The notes beneath the pieces are model-generated. The model was not told where the DNA came from, did not search any database, and saw only the letters and a program-made list of their open reading frames with translations. Both the position numbers and the translations under genes were made by a program. A DNA stretch of 64,000 bases from Mobula hypostoma (Eukaryota): positions 6,510,001-6,574,000 of the forward strand of contig NC_086098.1 in assembly GCF_963921235.1 (NCBI RefSeq), in the 5' to 3' direction. Within the stretch, counting starts at the first letter, position 1, and each line of letters starts with the position of its first letter. Below, piece after piece: positions 13,501 through 26,424 of this stretch.

Positions 13501-14440
13501 ACCTTTTCCTTCCTTGTCCCCTACACTTTCGGTCTGAGTGCTCCCGATCTCTGTCCCCTGCCTATCCTCCCTCACACACTGTCTACTAGCTTTCTCTATT
13601 TGTGAACTAACCACCTCTCTCCTAGTCTCTTCAATTTGATTCCCACCCCCCAACCGTTCTAGTTTAAAGTCACCTCAGTACCCCTCGCAAATCTCCCCGC
13701 CAGGATATTGGTCCCCCTAGGATTCAAGTGTAACCCGTCCTTTTTGTACAGGTCACACCTGCACCAAAAGAGGTCCCAATGATCCAAAAACTTGAATCCC
13801 TGCCCCCTGCTCCAATCCCTCAGCCACGCATTTATGCTCCACCTCATTGCATTCCTACTCTCACTGTCGCTTGGCACAGGCAGGAATCCTGAGATTACTA
13901 CCTTTGCGGTCCTTTTTCTCAACTCCCTTCCTAGCTCCCTATATTCTCCTTTCAGGACCTCTTCCCTTTCCCACCTATGTCATTGGTACCTATATGTACC
14001 ATGACCTCTGGCTCCTCACCCTCCCACTTCAGGATATCTTGGACGTGATCAGAAACATCCCAGAACCTGGCACCAGGGAGGCAAACTACCATCCGGGTCT
14101 CTGGACTGTGTCCACAGAATCGCCTATCTGACCTTCTAACTATCGAGTCCCCTATTACAACTGCCCTCCTCTTCCTTTCCCTACCCTTCTGAGCTACAGG
14201 GCTGGACTCTGTGTCGGAGGCACGGCCACTGTCGCTTCCCCCAGGTAAGCTGTCCCCCCCAACAGTACTCAAACAGGAGTACCTATTGTCAAGGGGCACA
14301 GCCACCAGGGTACTCTCTATTACCTGACTCTTCCCCTTCCCCCTCCTAATGTTGACCCACTTGTCTGTCTCCCATGGCCCCAGTGTGACCACCTGCCTGT
14401 AACTCCTCTCTATCAACTCCTCACTCTGCCTGACCAGACG
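10568..14440 (-). mobile_element. Near-full-length CR1 LINE, decayed: ORF1 SGNH/GDSL esterase; ORF2 APE endonuclease plus RT
   Basis: ORF1 VIGDSIVR...VHIGTNDIG...DGLHLN. APE motifs YFNARSI, GVYYRP and VGDFNFP. RT motifs NYRPVSL, QHGF, GVPQGSVLGP and KYADDTK. (TTATATGG)n tail at 10568. Confidence 0.95.
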
Positions 14441-16106
14441 TGGGGGGCAAAAGATCATGCCCACTGTACTACGGCCTGTTTGAAAACCACACTGGCTTTC
14501 TGGAAGGATGTTGTCACTGATGTTGGATACCAAACGTCTAAGGATAATCTTCATGAGGCATTTTCCTGCAACTGACAGAAGAGAGATGGCACAGTAATTG
14601 TTGCAGTCTCTCTTGTCTCCCTTGTTCTTGTAGATGGTCATGATTGATGCGTCTTTGAAGTCTTGTGGTAGTTCTGCAGCTCTCCACAACTTCGAGAACA
14701 GCTGGTGCAGGCATGATGTCAGTGTGTGACCACCATATGGGTAGATCTCGGCTGCGATACCGTCAGGCCCCGGTGCTTTGTTGGGTTTGAGCTGTTTGAT
14801 GGCTTTGATGACCTCGTGAAGAGTAGGGGGAGCATCTAGCTCGAACAGTATGGGTCGAGGTGTACTCTGCCCAGTGCTTCATCGGTGATGGTTCCTGGTC
14901 TGTTCAGCAGCTCGTGGAAGTGTTCTCGCCATCTTTTCATGTGATCTGACTTCGCAGTGAAGATGGATGCACTGTCCTTGCTCAGGAGTTGTGAGGTACC
15001 TCGTTTCGATGGTCCATACACAACCTTGATTGCTTCATAGAAGCTTCTTGAGTCACTACAGTCAGTGAAGGCTTGTAATTCTTTGGCCTTGTTCACCCAC
15101 CACTGGTCTTTCATAGCCCTGAGCTGCCTCTGCAAAGTTGATTTTGCACTCAAAAAGGCACTTTTTTTGGAACTTGTGTTTGGGTGTCGAAGAGGAGTCT
15201 GGTGTGTGGCTGCCTTAGCTCTTAGAAGGTCTTGCACAGATTGGTTGCTCTCATCAAACCAGTCCTGATGCTTGTGCTTGACTTTCCCCGAGGTGTCCTG
15301 GGCAGCGCTGTAGACCGTTTCTTTGAAGGCATTCCTGTGCTCAGTAATATCGTCTGGTGGATTCTCAACCAGTCTGCTTAGAGCAGTTTCCATAGAGGAT
15401 TTCAGGGCATCTGCACACTCGCGATGTTTCAATTTGGTGGTGTTCAGCTTTTTGGGTGGTTTGACAGCATTCAGTCTGCGTGGAGGTTTGTTCGATAGAC
15501 ATAGATCCGACCACACCATCTGATGATCAGTTGAGCACTCAGCTCCACGCTTAACTCTGGTGATACGAACGTCAGAGATGTCTCGTTGTCGGGTGATGAC
15601 ATAGTCAATGAGATGCCAACTTTCAGATCATGGGTGCATCCATGTGCATTTGAGCTTGTCTGGCAATCTGAACAGTGTGTTAGTAATGCACAGTTTGAAT
15701 TCTGTGCACATCGAGAGGAGCAGTAGACTGTTACCGTTACTGTTGCCAACCCCTTGGCGTCCAGTCACACCAGGCCACAGAATGGACTCCTTGCCAACCC
15801 GAGCATTAAAGTCTCCCAGCAACAGCAGCTTATCGGAAGTTGCCACGCTACTGACGGTGGTTTTCAGCCTCCATAACTTCACCGGGATTAGTCAGAGTTG
15901 GGGCATAAATGTTGACTATGGTGAGGTGGCGTTTTCCTTGCAAAGGTGTACGCAAGGTCTGTATTCTTTCATTTACAGCAACAGGCAGGGTTGGTAGCTT
16001 TGCTGTGAGGCAGTTCTTGATAGCCAACCACACACCAGATTCTCTTCGTTCTTCTTTGGGCCTGCCAGACCAGAAGAATGTGTACCCTCCTTTCTCTTCA
16101 CAAAGC
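14441..16106 (-). mobile_element. RTE-clade LINE internal fragment (APE plus RT N-terminus)
   Basis: IVNIYAPT, LLGDFNARVG, TWMHP, DWFDE, LPQDFKDASI..IYKNKGD..DCNNY, LPESQCGF..GRST. Confidence 0.9.
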
Positions 16107-17603
16107 GTGCCCTCTCCGGTGAGTCGAGTGTCAGTGGGAGAGCATCTTGGAGATAGTGATCACAATTCTATCTCCTTTACCACAGCATTGGAGAGGGATA
16201 GGAACAGACAAGTTAGGGAAGTGTCTAATTGGAGTAAGGGGAACTATGAGGCTATTAGGCAGGAACTGGAAGCATAAATTGGAAACAGGTGTTCTCAGGG
16301 AAACGTACTAAAGAAATGTTCAGGGGATATTTGCATGGGGTTGTGCGTAGGTACGTTCCAATGAGACAGGGAAAGGATGTTAGGGTATAGGAACCGTGGT
16401 GCACAAAGGCTGTTGTAAATCTAGTCAGGAAGAAAAGAAGAGCTTACGAAAGGTTGAAAAAACTAGGTAATGAATGAGATCTAGAAGATTATAAGGCTAG
16501 CAGGAAGGAGTTTAAGAATGAAATTAGGAGACCCAGGAGGGGCCATGAGAAGGCCTTGGCGGACAGGATTAAGGAAAACCCCAAGGCATTCTACAAGTAT
16601 GTGAAGAGCAAGAGGATAAGACGTGAGAGCCGTAGATGTAGTGTATATGGATTTTAGCAAGGCACTTGATAAGGCACTCCATGCAAGGCTTATTGAGAAA
16701 GTAAAAGAGGCATGGAATCCAAGGGGACATTGCTTTGTGGATCCAGAACGAGCTTGCCCACAGAAGGCAAAGAGTGGTTGTAGACAGGTCATATTCTGCA
16801 TGGAGGCTGGTGACCAGTGATGAGGTGGTTCATTTTGATAGGTCAAATATGATGGCAGAATATAGTATTAATGGTAAGACTCTTGGTAGTGTGGAGGATC
16901 AGAGGGATCTTGGGGTCAGAGTCCATAGGACGCTCAAAACAGCTACGCAAGTTGACTCTGTGGTTAAGAAGGCATACATTGCATTGGCCTTCATCAATCG
17001 TGGGACAGTTTAAGAACGAGAGAGAGGTAACGTTGCAGCTATACAGGACCCTGGTCAGACCCCACTTAGAGTACTGTGTTCTTTTCTGGTTGCCTCACTA
17101 TAGGAAGGATGTGGAAACTATAGAAAGGGTGCAGAGGAGATTTACAAGGATGTTGCCTGGATTGGGGAGCATACCTTACGAGAACTGGTTGAGTGAACTC
17201 AACCTTTTCTCCTTGGAGCAACGGAGGATGAGAGGTGACTTGATAGAGGTGCACAAGATAATGAGAGGCATTGATCGTGTGGATGGTCTGAGGTTTTTCC
17301 CCAGGGCTGAAATGGCTAGCATGAGAGGGCATAGTTTTAAGGTGCTTGGAAGTAGGTACAGAGGAGATGTCAGGGGTAAGTTGTTTTACACAGAGAGTGG
17401 TGAGTGTGTGGAATGGGCTGCCGGCCCCAGTGATGGAGGCGAAAACGATAGGGTCTTTTAAGAGACTCCTGGATGGCTACATGGAGCTTAGAAAAGCAGA
17501 GAGCTATGAGTAAAACCTAGGTAGTTCTAAGGTAAGGACATTTTCGGCACAGCTTTGTGGGCCGAAGGGCCTGTATTGGGCTGTAGGTTTTTCTATGTTT
17601 CTA
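16107..17603 (+). mobile_element. CR1 LINE with internal deletions
   Basis: GEHLGDSDHN, AVDVVYMDFSKA, LYRTLVRPHLEYC, (TTTCTATG) tail. Large segments are missing at ~16628 and ~16819. Confidence 0.9.
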
Positions 17604-17604
17604 T

Positions 17605-19860
17605 CCAGCAAACTGCTTGTATCTTCCCAGTGAAGTTTGATGCAAAATACTAATTTAGTTCATCTGCCATCTCCTTGGCCCCATTATTATTTCCCCAGAC
17701 TCACTTCCGAGTGATCCCATATCCACTCTCATCTCTCATTTATTTTTTTACGTAATTGAAAAAGCTTTTGCTATCTATATTGATATTGTTTGCTAGTTGC
17801 CTTCATATTTCATCTTTTCCATCCTATTGATTCTTTTAGCTGCTCTCTGTAGGGTTTTAAAAGCTCCCCAATCCTCTCTCTTCCCATTAATTTTTGCTTC
17901 GTTGTATGACCTCTCTTTTGCTTTTACATTAGTTTTGACTTCCCATGTCAGCCATGATTGTACTATTTTGCCATTTGAGTATTTCTTTATTTTTGGAATA
18001 AAGAGTGCAGAGAAGGTCTACAAGGATGTTGCCGGGACTTGAGAAACTCAGTTACAGAGCAAGGTTGAATAGGTTAGGACTTTATTCCCTGGAGCGTAGA
18101 AGAATGAGGGGAGATTTGATAGAGGTATATAATATTATGATGGGTATAGATAGGGTGAATGCAAGCAGGCTTTTTCCACTGAGGCAAAGGGAGAAAAAAA
18201 CCCGGAGGACATGGGTTAAGGGTGAGGGGGGAAAAGTTTAAAGGGAATATTAGGGGGGGCTTCTTCACGCAGAGAGTGGTGGGACTATGGAATGAGCTGC
18301 CAGACGAGGTGGTAAATGCGGGTTCTTTTTAACATTCAAGAATAAATTGGACAGATACATGGGTGGGAGGTGTATGGAGGGATATGGTCCATGTGCAGGT
18401 CAGTGGGACTAGGCAGAAAATGGTTCGGCACAGCCAAGAAGGGCCAAAAGGCCTGTTTCTGTGCTGTAGTTTTTCTATGGTTTCTATGGTTACATGTGTC
18501 CTGCACGTTCCTCATTTTTCCAAAAGCTCACACCATTGCTGTTCTGCTGACATCCCCTTCCAATTTATTTTGCCCAACTCCTCCCTTCCCTTTTACCCTT
18601 ATAGCTTCTGAACTCTACCCACAAGGATTCAACATCTTCTGATCGTATGTCACACCTTGCTACTAATTTGATGCTATTCTTTACCAGCAGAGCCACGCCA
18701 CACCCTCTGCCCACCTTCCTATCCCTCCGATACAACATGTAACCTTGGATATTCAGCTCCCAACTACAACCATCCTTCAGCCACGATCAGTGATGGTCAC
18801 ATCGTACCTGACAATCTGTGATAGTGCAACGCGATCATCCACATTTCTTATACTCTCTGCATTGAGATATTACACTTTGAATACTGTATTTGCTATCCTT
18901 TTTGATTCTGCATCCCTAATGCACTGATACTCACCCTGCTGGCTGCAATTTTGTCCTAACATCTGCCTGCCCTTCCTGACAGTCTGACTGCACGCAATCT
19001 TTGCTTTTTTGCCATCCGTCCTATCCTCGGTCCCTTCACTCCGGTTCTTCCCCCCCCCCCCCCCGCCAATCCAGAAATTACTGCCCTGGAGGTCCTGCTT
19101 CTCAGCTTTCTACCTTTCTCTCTAAATTCTCTTTTCAGGACCACTTTGCTTTTTTCTCCTATGTCATTGGTACTAATATGTACCAAGACATCTGACTGCT
19201 ATCCCTCCCTCTGTAAAATGTTGTGGACACGATCTGAGACATCCCTCACTCTGGCACCTGGAAGGCAACATACCATCTGGGTATCCTGTTCATGTCCACA
19301 GAATCTCCTGTCTGTTCCCCTGATTATTGAATCCCTGCACCCCTCTTCTACCCCTCTTCTCCCTCTTTCCCTTCTGCACCACAGATACATGGTCAGTGCC
19401 TGTAACCTGGTCTCTGTGGCATTCCCCTTTGAGCTCATCCCCCCTCAACTGTATCCAAAACGGTATACTTATTGAGGGGAATGGCCACAGGGGTGCTCTG
19501 TGCTAACTGCCTATTCACACTTGCATTTCTCCTGACGGTCACCCAGCTGCTCGCTTCCTGCAACTTCGGGGTGACTACTTCCCTGTAAATCTGATCGATT
19601 ATCTCCTCACTCTCCCATACAAGCCGAAGGTCATCCAGCTGCTGCTCCTGATCCCTAAAACAGTCTTCAAGGAGCTGCAGCCGGATGCATTTCATGCAGA
19701 TGTAGTTCCCTGGGAGACTCTGGGTCTCCCAGGACTCTTTCATCCGTCATGAAGAATACACAACAACCATTTACAAGTACAGTAAGGGGAAGAAAAAAGG
19801 AACTTTAGCGGAAGTTTACTCAGAGCCAACGCCTCTTCCAAGCCAAAGCCTTCTTTGAGC
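17605..19860 (-). mobile_element. CR1 LINE 5' part (ORF1 with Cys motif and esterase; partial ORF2), internally deleted
   Basis: YICMKCIRLQLLE, DSIIRGTDRRFCG, VHISTNDIG (ORFs 19435, 19199, 18956). ORF2 linker at 17605-18000 and 18490-18890. Confidence 0.85.
18003..18490 (+). mobile_element. CR1 3' fragment nested in the antisense CR1
   Basis: VQRRSTRMLPGL...RMRGDLIEVY, (TTTCTATGG) tail. Host sequence resumes at tacatgtgtcc. Confidence 0.88.
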
Positions 19861-20169
19861 TAAAGCCTGACACTCCTACTGTCACCACTGGCCTCCTCCC
19901 AACAATGACCACACTGCTTGTCCCTTCTGTACTTGTAAACAAACATTGCCAACCTGTGAGAAACCCCATTGCTGTGGCCTGCTCCTGCCGCTGATTGGTC
20001 CATTGGAACATTATGGACTGAAGAGCCTGTAGTATGCTGTGATGTTCTCTGTTCTAAAAGAGGGGAGTACACTTGGAATGGTGCTTGCAGGCCTGGATTT
20101 CCAACCCAGACAAGGAGAAACAATAGAAACACAGACTCAACAGGCTGAAAGGCCTAATTCTGCTCCTGT

Positions 20170-21900
20170 CTCATGTCTTACATTGGAGAAGAGTTGGAAA
20201 ACTCAGGAAGCGGCTACTATTAAAGCGGATGTATTTTCTGATCAGTACACTCCAACATTCCTGTAGTGAAGATAGATTGTGCTATTAGGATCTATGGAGA
20301 TTATAAGATAACAATCAACAGAGAAGCAAATGTGTACAAATAGCCTTTACCTGTGATGGATGGTATGTTTGCTCAACTAGAACAAAGGCAGAATTCCATG
20401 ATACAATATGTGCGGGATGAGTCAGACAAGTATTCAAAGGTGTATTCAAGTTGCATATTTCATAAAAAATTTTGTTTTGTGGCAGCAGTACAATGCAATA
20501 CATAATAATACCAATAAATTACATTAAGTATGTATTTAAAAATAAAATTATATTAATATACAGAGCAAAAAGAGGGAGGAAATAGTGAAATAGTGTTCAT
20601 GGATTCATTGTCCATTCAGAAATCCTGTGGCAGAGGGAAAGAAGCTGTTCCTGAATCATTGAGTGCATGTCTTCAGTGTCCTGTACTTGCTTCCTGATGG
20701 TAACAATGAGAAGAGGGCACGTCCTGGGTGATGAGGGTTAATAATGGATGTCACTTTCTGAGGCATCACCTTTCGAAGGTGTCCTGGATGCAGGGGAGGC
20801 TAGTAAACATGATGAAAGTTTACAACTTTCTGCAGCTTTTTCCAATCCTGTCTAGTAGCCCAATCCATACCAGATGGTAATGCAACCAGTTAGAATGCTC
20901 CCTACGGTACATCTGTAGAAATTGCCCCGAGTCTCTGGAGACAGACTGAAGCAGCAACTGTTCGTGATAAGCACAAGAGGTAATGCAGATTCTGGAAATA
21001 CAGATTCAGGAGAAGCAGATTCATACATAGAAAATGGTGGAGAAACTCAGCAGGTCATGAAGCATCTATGGAGAGGAATGAAGGTTTGGAGTTTATCGAG
21101 ATTATTCATCAGGACATCCAAATAACGTCATTGGTAGGCCATTGCTGGGATTGTGGGTTAAACTACAATAAAGATATTAAAGCAGCTGCTTTGGTAACAT
21201 GCTGTGTTGGAAGTGTCTCACATTCATTGTCCTTCCCACCATTGAACACATCCACACTGAGCGCTGCTATAGGAAAGCAGTATCCATCATCAGAGGACCC
21301 CACCACCCAGGCCATGCCCTCTTCTTCCTACTGCCATCAGTAAGAAAGTACAGGAGCCTTAGGGCTCAGGAACAGCTATTACCCCTCAACCATCAGCTCA
21401 ATTAGGAGAAGGAAAACTCTGATCTCAAACTTCCACTGTTTTACAGCTAGACCACTCCTGGGGAAAGCTTCAGAGGTAAACCTAGATGGAAGAATCCATT
21501 TGGAGTCTCTAAAGTGGTCCGATGTTGAGTTCAATGCTGACTGGCAACTCCTGCGACGCTGCTGGTGTCAAACCATCAGCCGTTCCTGTGGATTCATCAA
21601 CTACATGGAGAGGGGGAGCTTGCTGCATGGGCAAAAACTTACTCTCCATATTGTACTGCCCAGGATTGCATATCTAGACAGCTAGGATACAACATCCATG
21701 GTCGGCTCTGCCCGACTCAGGTACGTATTTTGAAAATAAATTTACTTTTAACATTTTAGAACGTTGTTCCAAGTATCCACTGTAATACTGACTGGCCCCA
21801 TACAATAGACTTTGTCCGTAGGATAGAATTAGTGCGGACATTTTACAGAGGACAGCGGTGAGTCAGGAAGTCTGCCAGGAGTTGGAGGACAGATAGTACA
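20170..21900 (+). mobile_element. Highly decayed Gypsy-like pol remnants, split by Rex/Babar and Penelope fragments
   Basis: 20260-20320 reads as PVVK.D..IRIYGDYKITIN (RT start). GFINY-like motif at ~21589. Intervening Rex-type pieces at 20440-20940 (-) and 21205-21400 (+). Confidence 0.45.
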
Positions 21901-22124
21901 GGAACACAACTGAGAAATTATGGGTGCATCGTTGATGAGAAGGAATTTCTTTAGCTAGAGCAGGGTGAATCTATGGAATTCATTACTACAGATGGCTGTA
22001 GAAGCCAAGACACTGGGTATATTTAAAGCAGAGTTTGATAGGTTCTTGATTAGTAAGGTTACAGGGAGAGGCAGGAGAATGGGATTAAGATGATGGAATG
22101 ATAGAATGGTGGAGTAGTTCTAAG

Positions 22125-22800
22125 TTCAATGTTTAAAGTTAAATTTATTATCAGAGTACACACTGTATATGTCACCAGATAGAACCCCGAGATTCATTCT
22201 CCTAGGGCATAGTCAACAAATCTATAGAATAGTACTGATAACGAGATTCAATGTAATATCAACCTGAGTGCAGAAGACAACAGACTGTGCAAATGAAAAT
22301 ATAAATAAACAGCAATAAGTAACGAGAACATGAAATAACAAGATAAAGGGTCCTTAAAAATGAGATCATTGGTTGTGGAAACATCTCAATCGATGGGCAG
22401 GTGCGTGTAGTCATCCAATTTTGTTCAAGAGCCTAATGGTTGAGGGGTAGGAACTGTTCCTGAACCTGGTGGTACAAGTCCTGAGGCTCCTGTACCTTCC
22501 AGATGATGGCAACAGCGAGAAAAACGCATAGCCGGGATAGCGAGGATCTCCGATAATGGATGCTGCTTTTCTATGGCTACGTTTCATGTAGATGTGCTCA
22601 ATTGTTGGGAAGGTTCTACCCATGATGTACTGGGCAGAATGCTCTACCTTCTGTACCACTTTCCGCTCAAAGGCATTTGTGTTCCCATATCAAGCCATGA
22701 TGCAGCCAGTCAATACACTCTCCACTACACATATCTAGAATTTTGTCAAAGTTTTTCATGTCATGCTGAATCTCCACAGACTTCAAAGGAAGCAGAGACC
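22125..22800 (-). mobile_element. Rex1/Babar-type LINE 3' fragment
   Basis: ORF 22411: KAASIIGDPRYPGYAFFSLLPSSGRYRSLRTCTTRFRNSSYPSTIRLLN. Tail aaatttattatcagagta. Confidence 0.8.
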
Positions 22801-24061
22801 TGATCAGCTAAATGGCCTAATTCTGTCCCTATGTAGAATCTGTAGAGCCAAAATGTGAAGTTCCATACTCCCTCATGACTCGCTGGCACAATATTTCTGC
22901 CTGCACCTATTCATCTGACTCCTCATGGAACCCATCTGTGTAAGGCGAACTTCCTGCCATTGCTTGTGCAATCTTTCTTGGGGTTTTTCAAACAAAAGTT
23001 AGTAGTTTGAAATTTTTTTAATATCTGAAATTTTAAACTGCTTTTGAATGCTTGCGAGTGAGCAATATTCATAAGAACTCAAGCTGTCTGCCTTGCAGGC
23101 AGGTTCAGCATCACCGGCTGTTAAAACATTTCTGTGGGATTTAAGGTATCAAATAATCTGCTGGTGGAATTTAGAGGATCGAGAAGCTCCTACATATTAT
23201 AACTTTATAGACTCCATTCTGACTGTGATTTTTTTTTTATACTGATGTCTTGGTCTACACAATAATTTTTCTCTTCACTGTCTCGTAAAATGTAAGTATA
23301 ATTGACATTCTGCATGTTGCCTGGACTTACCTGCCTGTGGTGTTACTGCAAGAAAGGTTCTCACTACATTTGTACCTCACCGCACTTGTGCAAATGACAA
23401 TGAACTCAACTTGACTTTCTTCGTGGAGATTGCTGAGGCTCTTACTTATTGGGAAGTTTGTGGTTGAGTATTACATGTGCCCCAGAGGGATTTGCAGACG
23501 ATCTCCACCACACATGCTACACCACCAGCCATTAAAATCTACAATCACACTTAACTTTTATGTGCCCAGAATTGTTTCAAGCTGAGAACATTTGGACTAT
23601 AAACCGATCTGCCACAGAGAGATGTGGAGTAAGTCACGGTGTTCCTATTTTCTTGATCTGCTCTGTTCAGATTCTTCCCAAGAAAAAATCAACACCGGCA
23701 TGAAAGGCTGTGTAAATTTACAGCTGGTAAGTTGCCTGGAGGTCCATATTGCAACCATATGGACTTATGTGCTGCCTTCCTTAATGTCATAACTCATAGG
23801 AATAGGAAATGTTTTCACCCTCTCCGTGTTCTGACCATTTACAACCATCGATATCACAGCATGTATCCGGAGCAGATGTTTCAGTGTCTTCATTGTAACT
23901 GAACCCACAATCCGAGCATAAGTAACGGCCTAGCAATGATGTTAACTCCAGCATGGATGGTCTCAATCCCAGCTGCAAAAGGAGGAATGTTGGACATGGG
24001 ACTGCAACCCCATCCCATAAGAACCCAGAGCTAAAGGAAAGCCAACGGACCTCGTCCCTGG

Positions 24062-24605
24062 AAATCAGAATCAGGTTAAATATCACTGGCATATGTTATG
24101 AAATTTGTTAACTTTGCTGTAGCAGTACAATGCGATACATAATATCAGAAAAGAAAACAAAGCTGTGGATTACAGTAAGTATATATATTTAAAAGAGTTA
24201 AATTAAATAAGTAGTGCAAAACTAAAGTAAAAGTAGTGAGGTAGGGGTTATAGGCTCAGTGTCCACTTGGACATTGGTCCATTTGGACTGAGGTCCGTTA
24301 ACATCTGCTGGACGATGCTGAGGATGTTCTACGAGTCTGTGGTGGCCAGTGTTATCATGTTTGCTGTTGTGTGCTGGGGCAGCAGGCTGAGGGTAGCAGA
24401 CACCAACAGAATCAACAAACTCATTCGTAAGGCCAGTGATGTTGTGGGGATGGAACTGGACTCTCTGACGGTGGTGTCTGAAAAGAGGATGCTGTCCAAG
24501 TTGCATGCCATCTTGGTCAATGTCTCCCATCCACTATATAATGTACTTAATGATGGATGCCACCTTTTTGAGGCATCACTCCTTGAAGAAGTCCTAGATA
24601 CTATA
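24062..24605. mobile_element. Rex/Babar fragments (minus-strand 3' end interrupted by a plus-strand RT piece, 24268-24546)
   Basis: ORF 24267: LRMFYESVVASVIMFAVVCWG...NKLIRKASDVVG. Flanks match the 7075-7450 3' region. Confidence 0.7.
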
Positions 24606-24971
24606 AAGCCATAAGAAAGGATCTTCACCTAGAAGACATATGAAGTCATATGGTGTAAGCTGCAAGTTGGTAGAATCCACTGGGTCAATCGACCTTCTAT
24701 CATAGAAGACCACCACAAGACTGGCGTAGGACAGAGAACTCTGGGAGCTGTGTCAATGGCCTATTAACCTGTAGGGGACGGGCTTCACTAACTACATAGC
24801 AATGATATGACTTGGAGGTTCAATGCTATGTCTATTACACTTCTCTATGCATCATGTGTAATACGCACGTTCACTAAAGTAATCAACAAATGCAGAGCGA
24901 GCAAGTGAAGAGATTACCTTGTGAACCTGGATTAATCCTGTGTATTCTGAAACTTAAACCATAAGACTATA

Positions 24972-25865
24972 GGGGTCACAGTTTGAGGATAAAGGGGAAG
25001 CCTTTTAGGACCGAGATTAGGAAAAACTTCTTCACACAGAGAGTGATGAATCTGTGGAATTCTCTGCCACAGGAAACAGTTGAGGCCAGTTCATTGGCTA
25101 TATTTAAGAGGGAGTTAGATATGGCCCTTGTGGCTACGGGGGTCAGGGGGTATGGAGGGAAGGCTGGGGCGGGGTTCTGAGTTGGATGATCAGCCATGAT
25201 CATAATAAATGGCGGTGCAGGCTCGAAGGGCTGTTTTCTATGTTTCTATAAAACATAGCAGCAAAATTAGACCATTCCGCCTATCGAGTCTGTTTTGCTA
25301 TTCAGTCATGTCTGATCTATTTTCACTCCCAAGTCCATTCTCCTTCCTTCCCCCATAACCTTACTAATTAAGTACCTATCAACTTCTGTTTTAAATATGT
25401 TGAATGATTTTGCCTCCACAGCCATCTGTGGCAATGAATTCAACGGATTTACCACCCTCTGGCTAAAAAAATTCATCCTCATCTCTGTTCGAAAAGGATG
25501 TCCTTGTAGTCAGAAGCTGTGTCCTCTAGTCCTCTCTCTCCCACTATTGGAAACATCTTCTCCACATGCAGTCTATTGAGGCCTTTTAAATTTCAATAGG
25601 TTTCAATGAGATCCATCATCATTCTTCCAAACTCCAGTGAATACAGGCCCAGAGACATCAAACACTCCTCATACATTAACCCCTTCATTCCCAGAATCAA
25701 ATCTCACAAATCTTTGGATGCTTTCCAATGCCAGGAATCCTTTCCTGGATAATGAGCCCAAAACTATTCACAATACCACAAATATACTCTGTCCAGTGCC
25801 TCATAAAGTCTTAGCATTATATCCTTCTTTTTGTATTCTAGTTCTCTTGAAATGAACACTAACGT
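24972..25865. mobile_element. Two CR1 3' fragments: + (24972-25250) inserted at the tail of a - copy (24958-25865)
   Basis: KPFRTEIRKNFFTQRV on +. accataagac tail and CR1 3' sequence on -. Confidence 0.85.
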
Positions 25866-26424
25866 TGTTTAAGATTTTAATCACCTTACCATAGATGCCA
25901 AGAAGGAGATTGCTCACGCACATAAAGGGGACTATTGATGAACTTGTGCTACTCTGAAAGACAATTTCATAACTAACATCAAAAATTGTTAAAAATAATC
26001 ACAATAAAACTCAATTTGCTTATTGATTTATTATTTTATCATTATTATTATAGCATTTTATTTTTCCTCAGCTCAAGCTGGTAAAACCTGAGGTACGACC
26101 ATAGCCAAGCACACTTAGTTCTCAATTGCCAGGATTTTTCAGACTATTCTGTTGGTGTTTAGTATTGTGGCTTTCTGGTGATTTACATAAATATTGCTGT
26201 ATAGGCCTAATTAATTAATGCTATTGTATAGTGACTTTGGGATGATCCAGTTGTATATATTACTATCGGGACAATGTATACCCTGTTCATGTTCCAACCA
26301 ATTTCCTTTTGTAGTTCAGCATATTTCTGGTGTTTTCCACTTACTGATTTCTGTATGTTATGTGTGTTTGGAATGGCTATATCTATTAAGCAAGTTGTCC
26401 TTTCTTGTTTATCCTGTATTATTA

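Noticed and set aside
13952..14689. 245-aa ORF fusing an RTE RT N-terminus to the CR1 ORF1 esterase
   Set aside because: Chance in-frame junction at ~14440 between two decayed elements. Both parts are truncated and nothing suggests expression.
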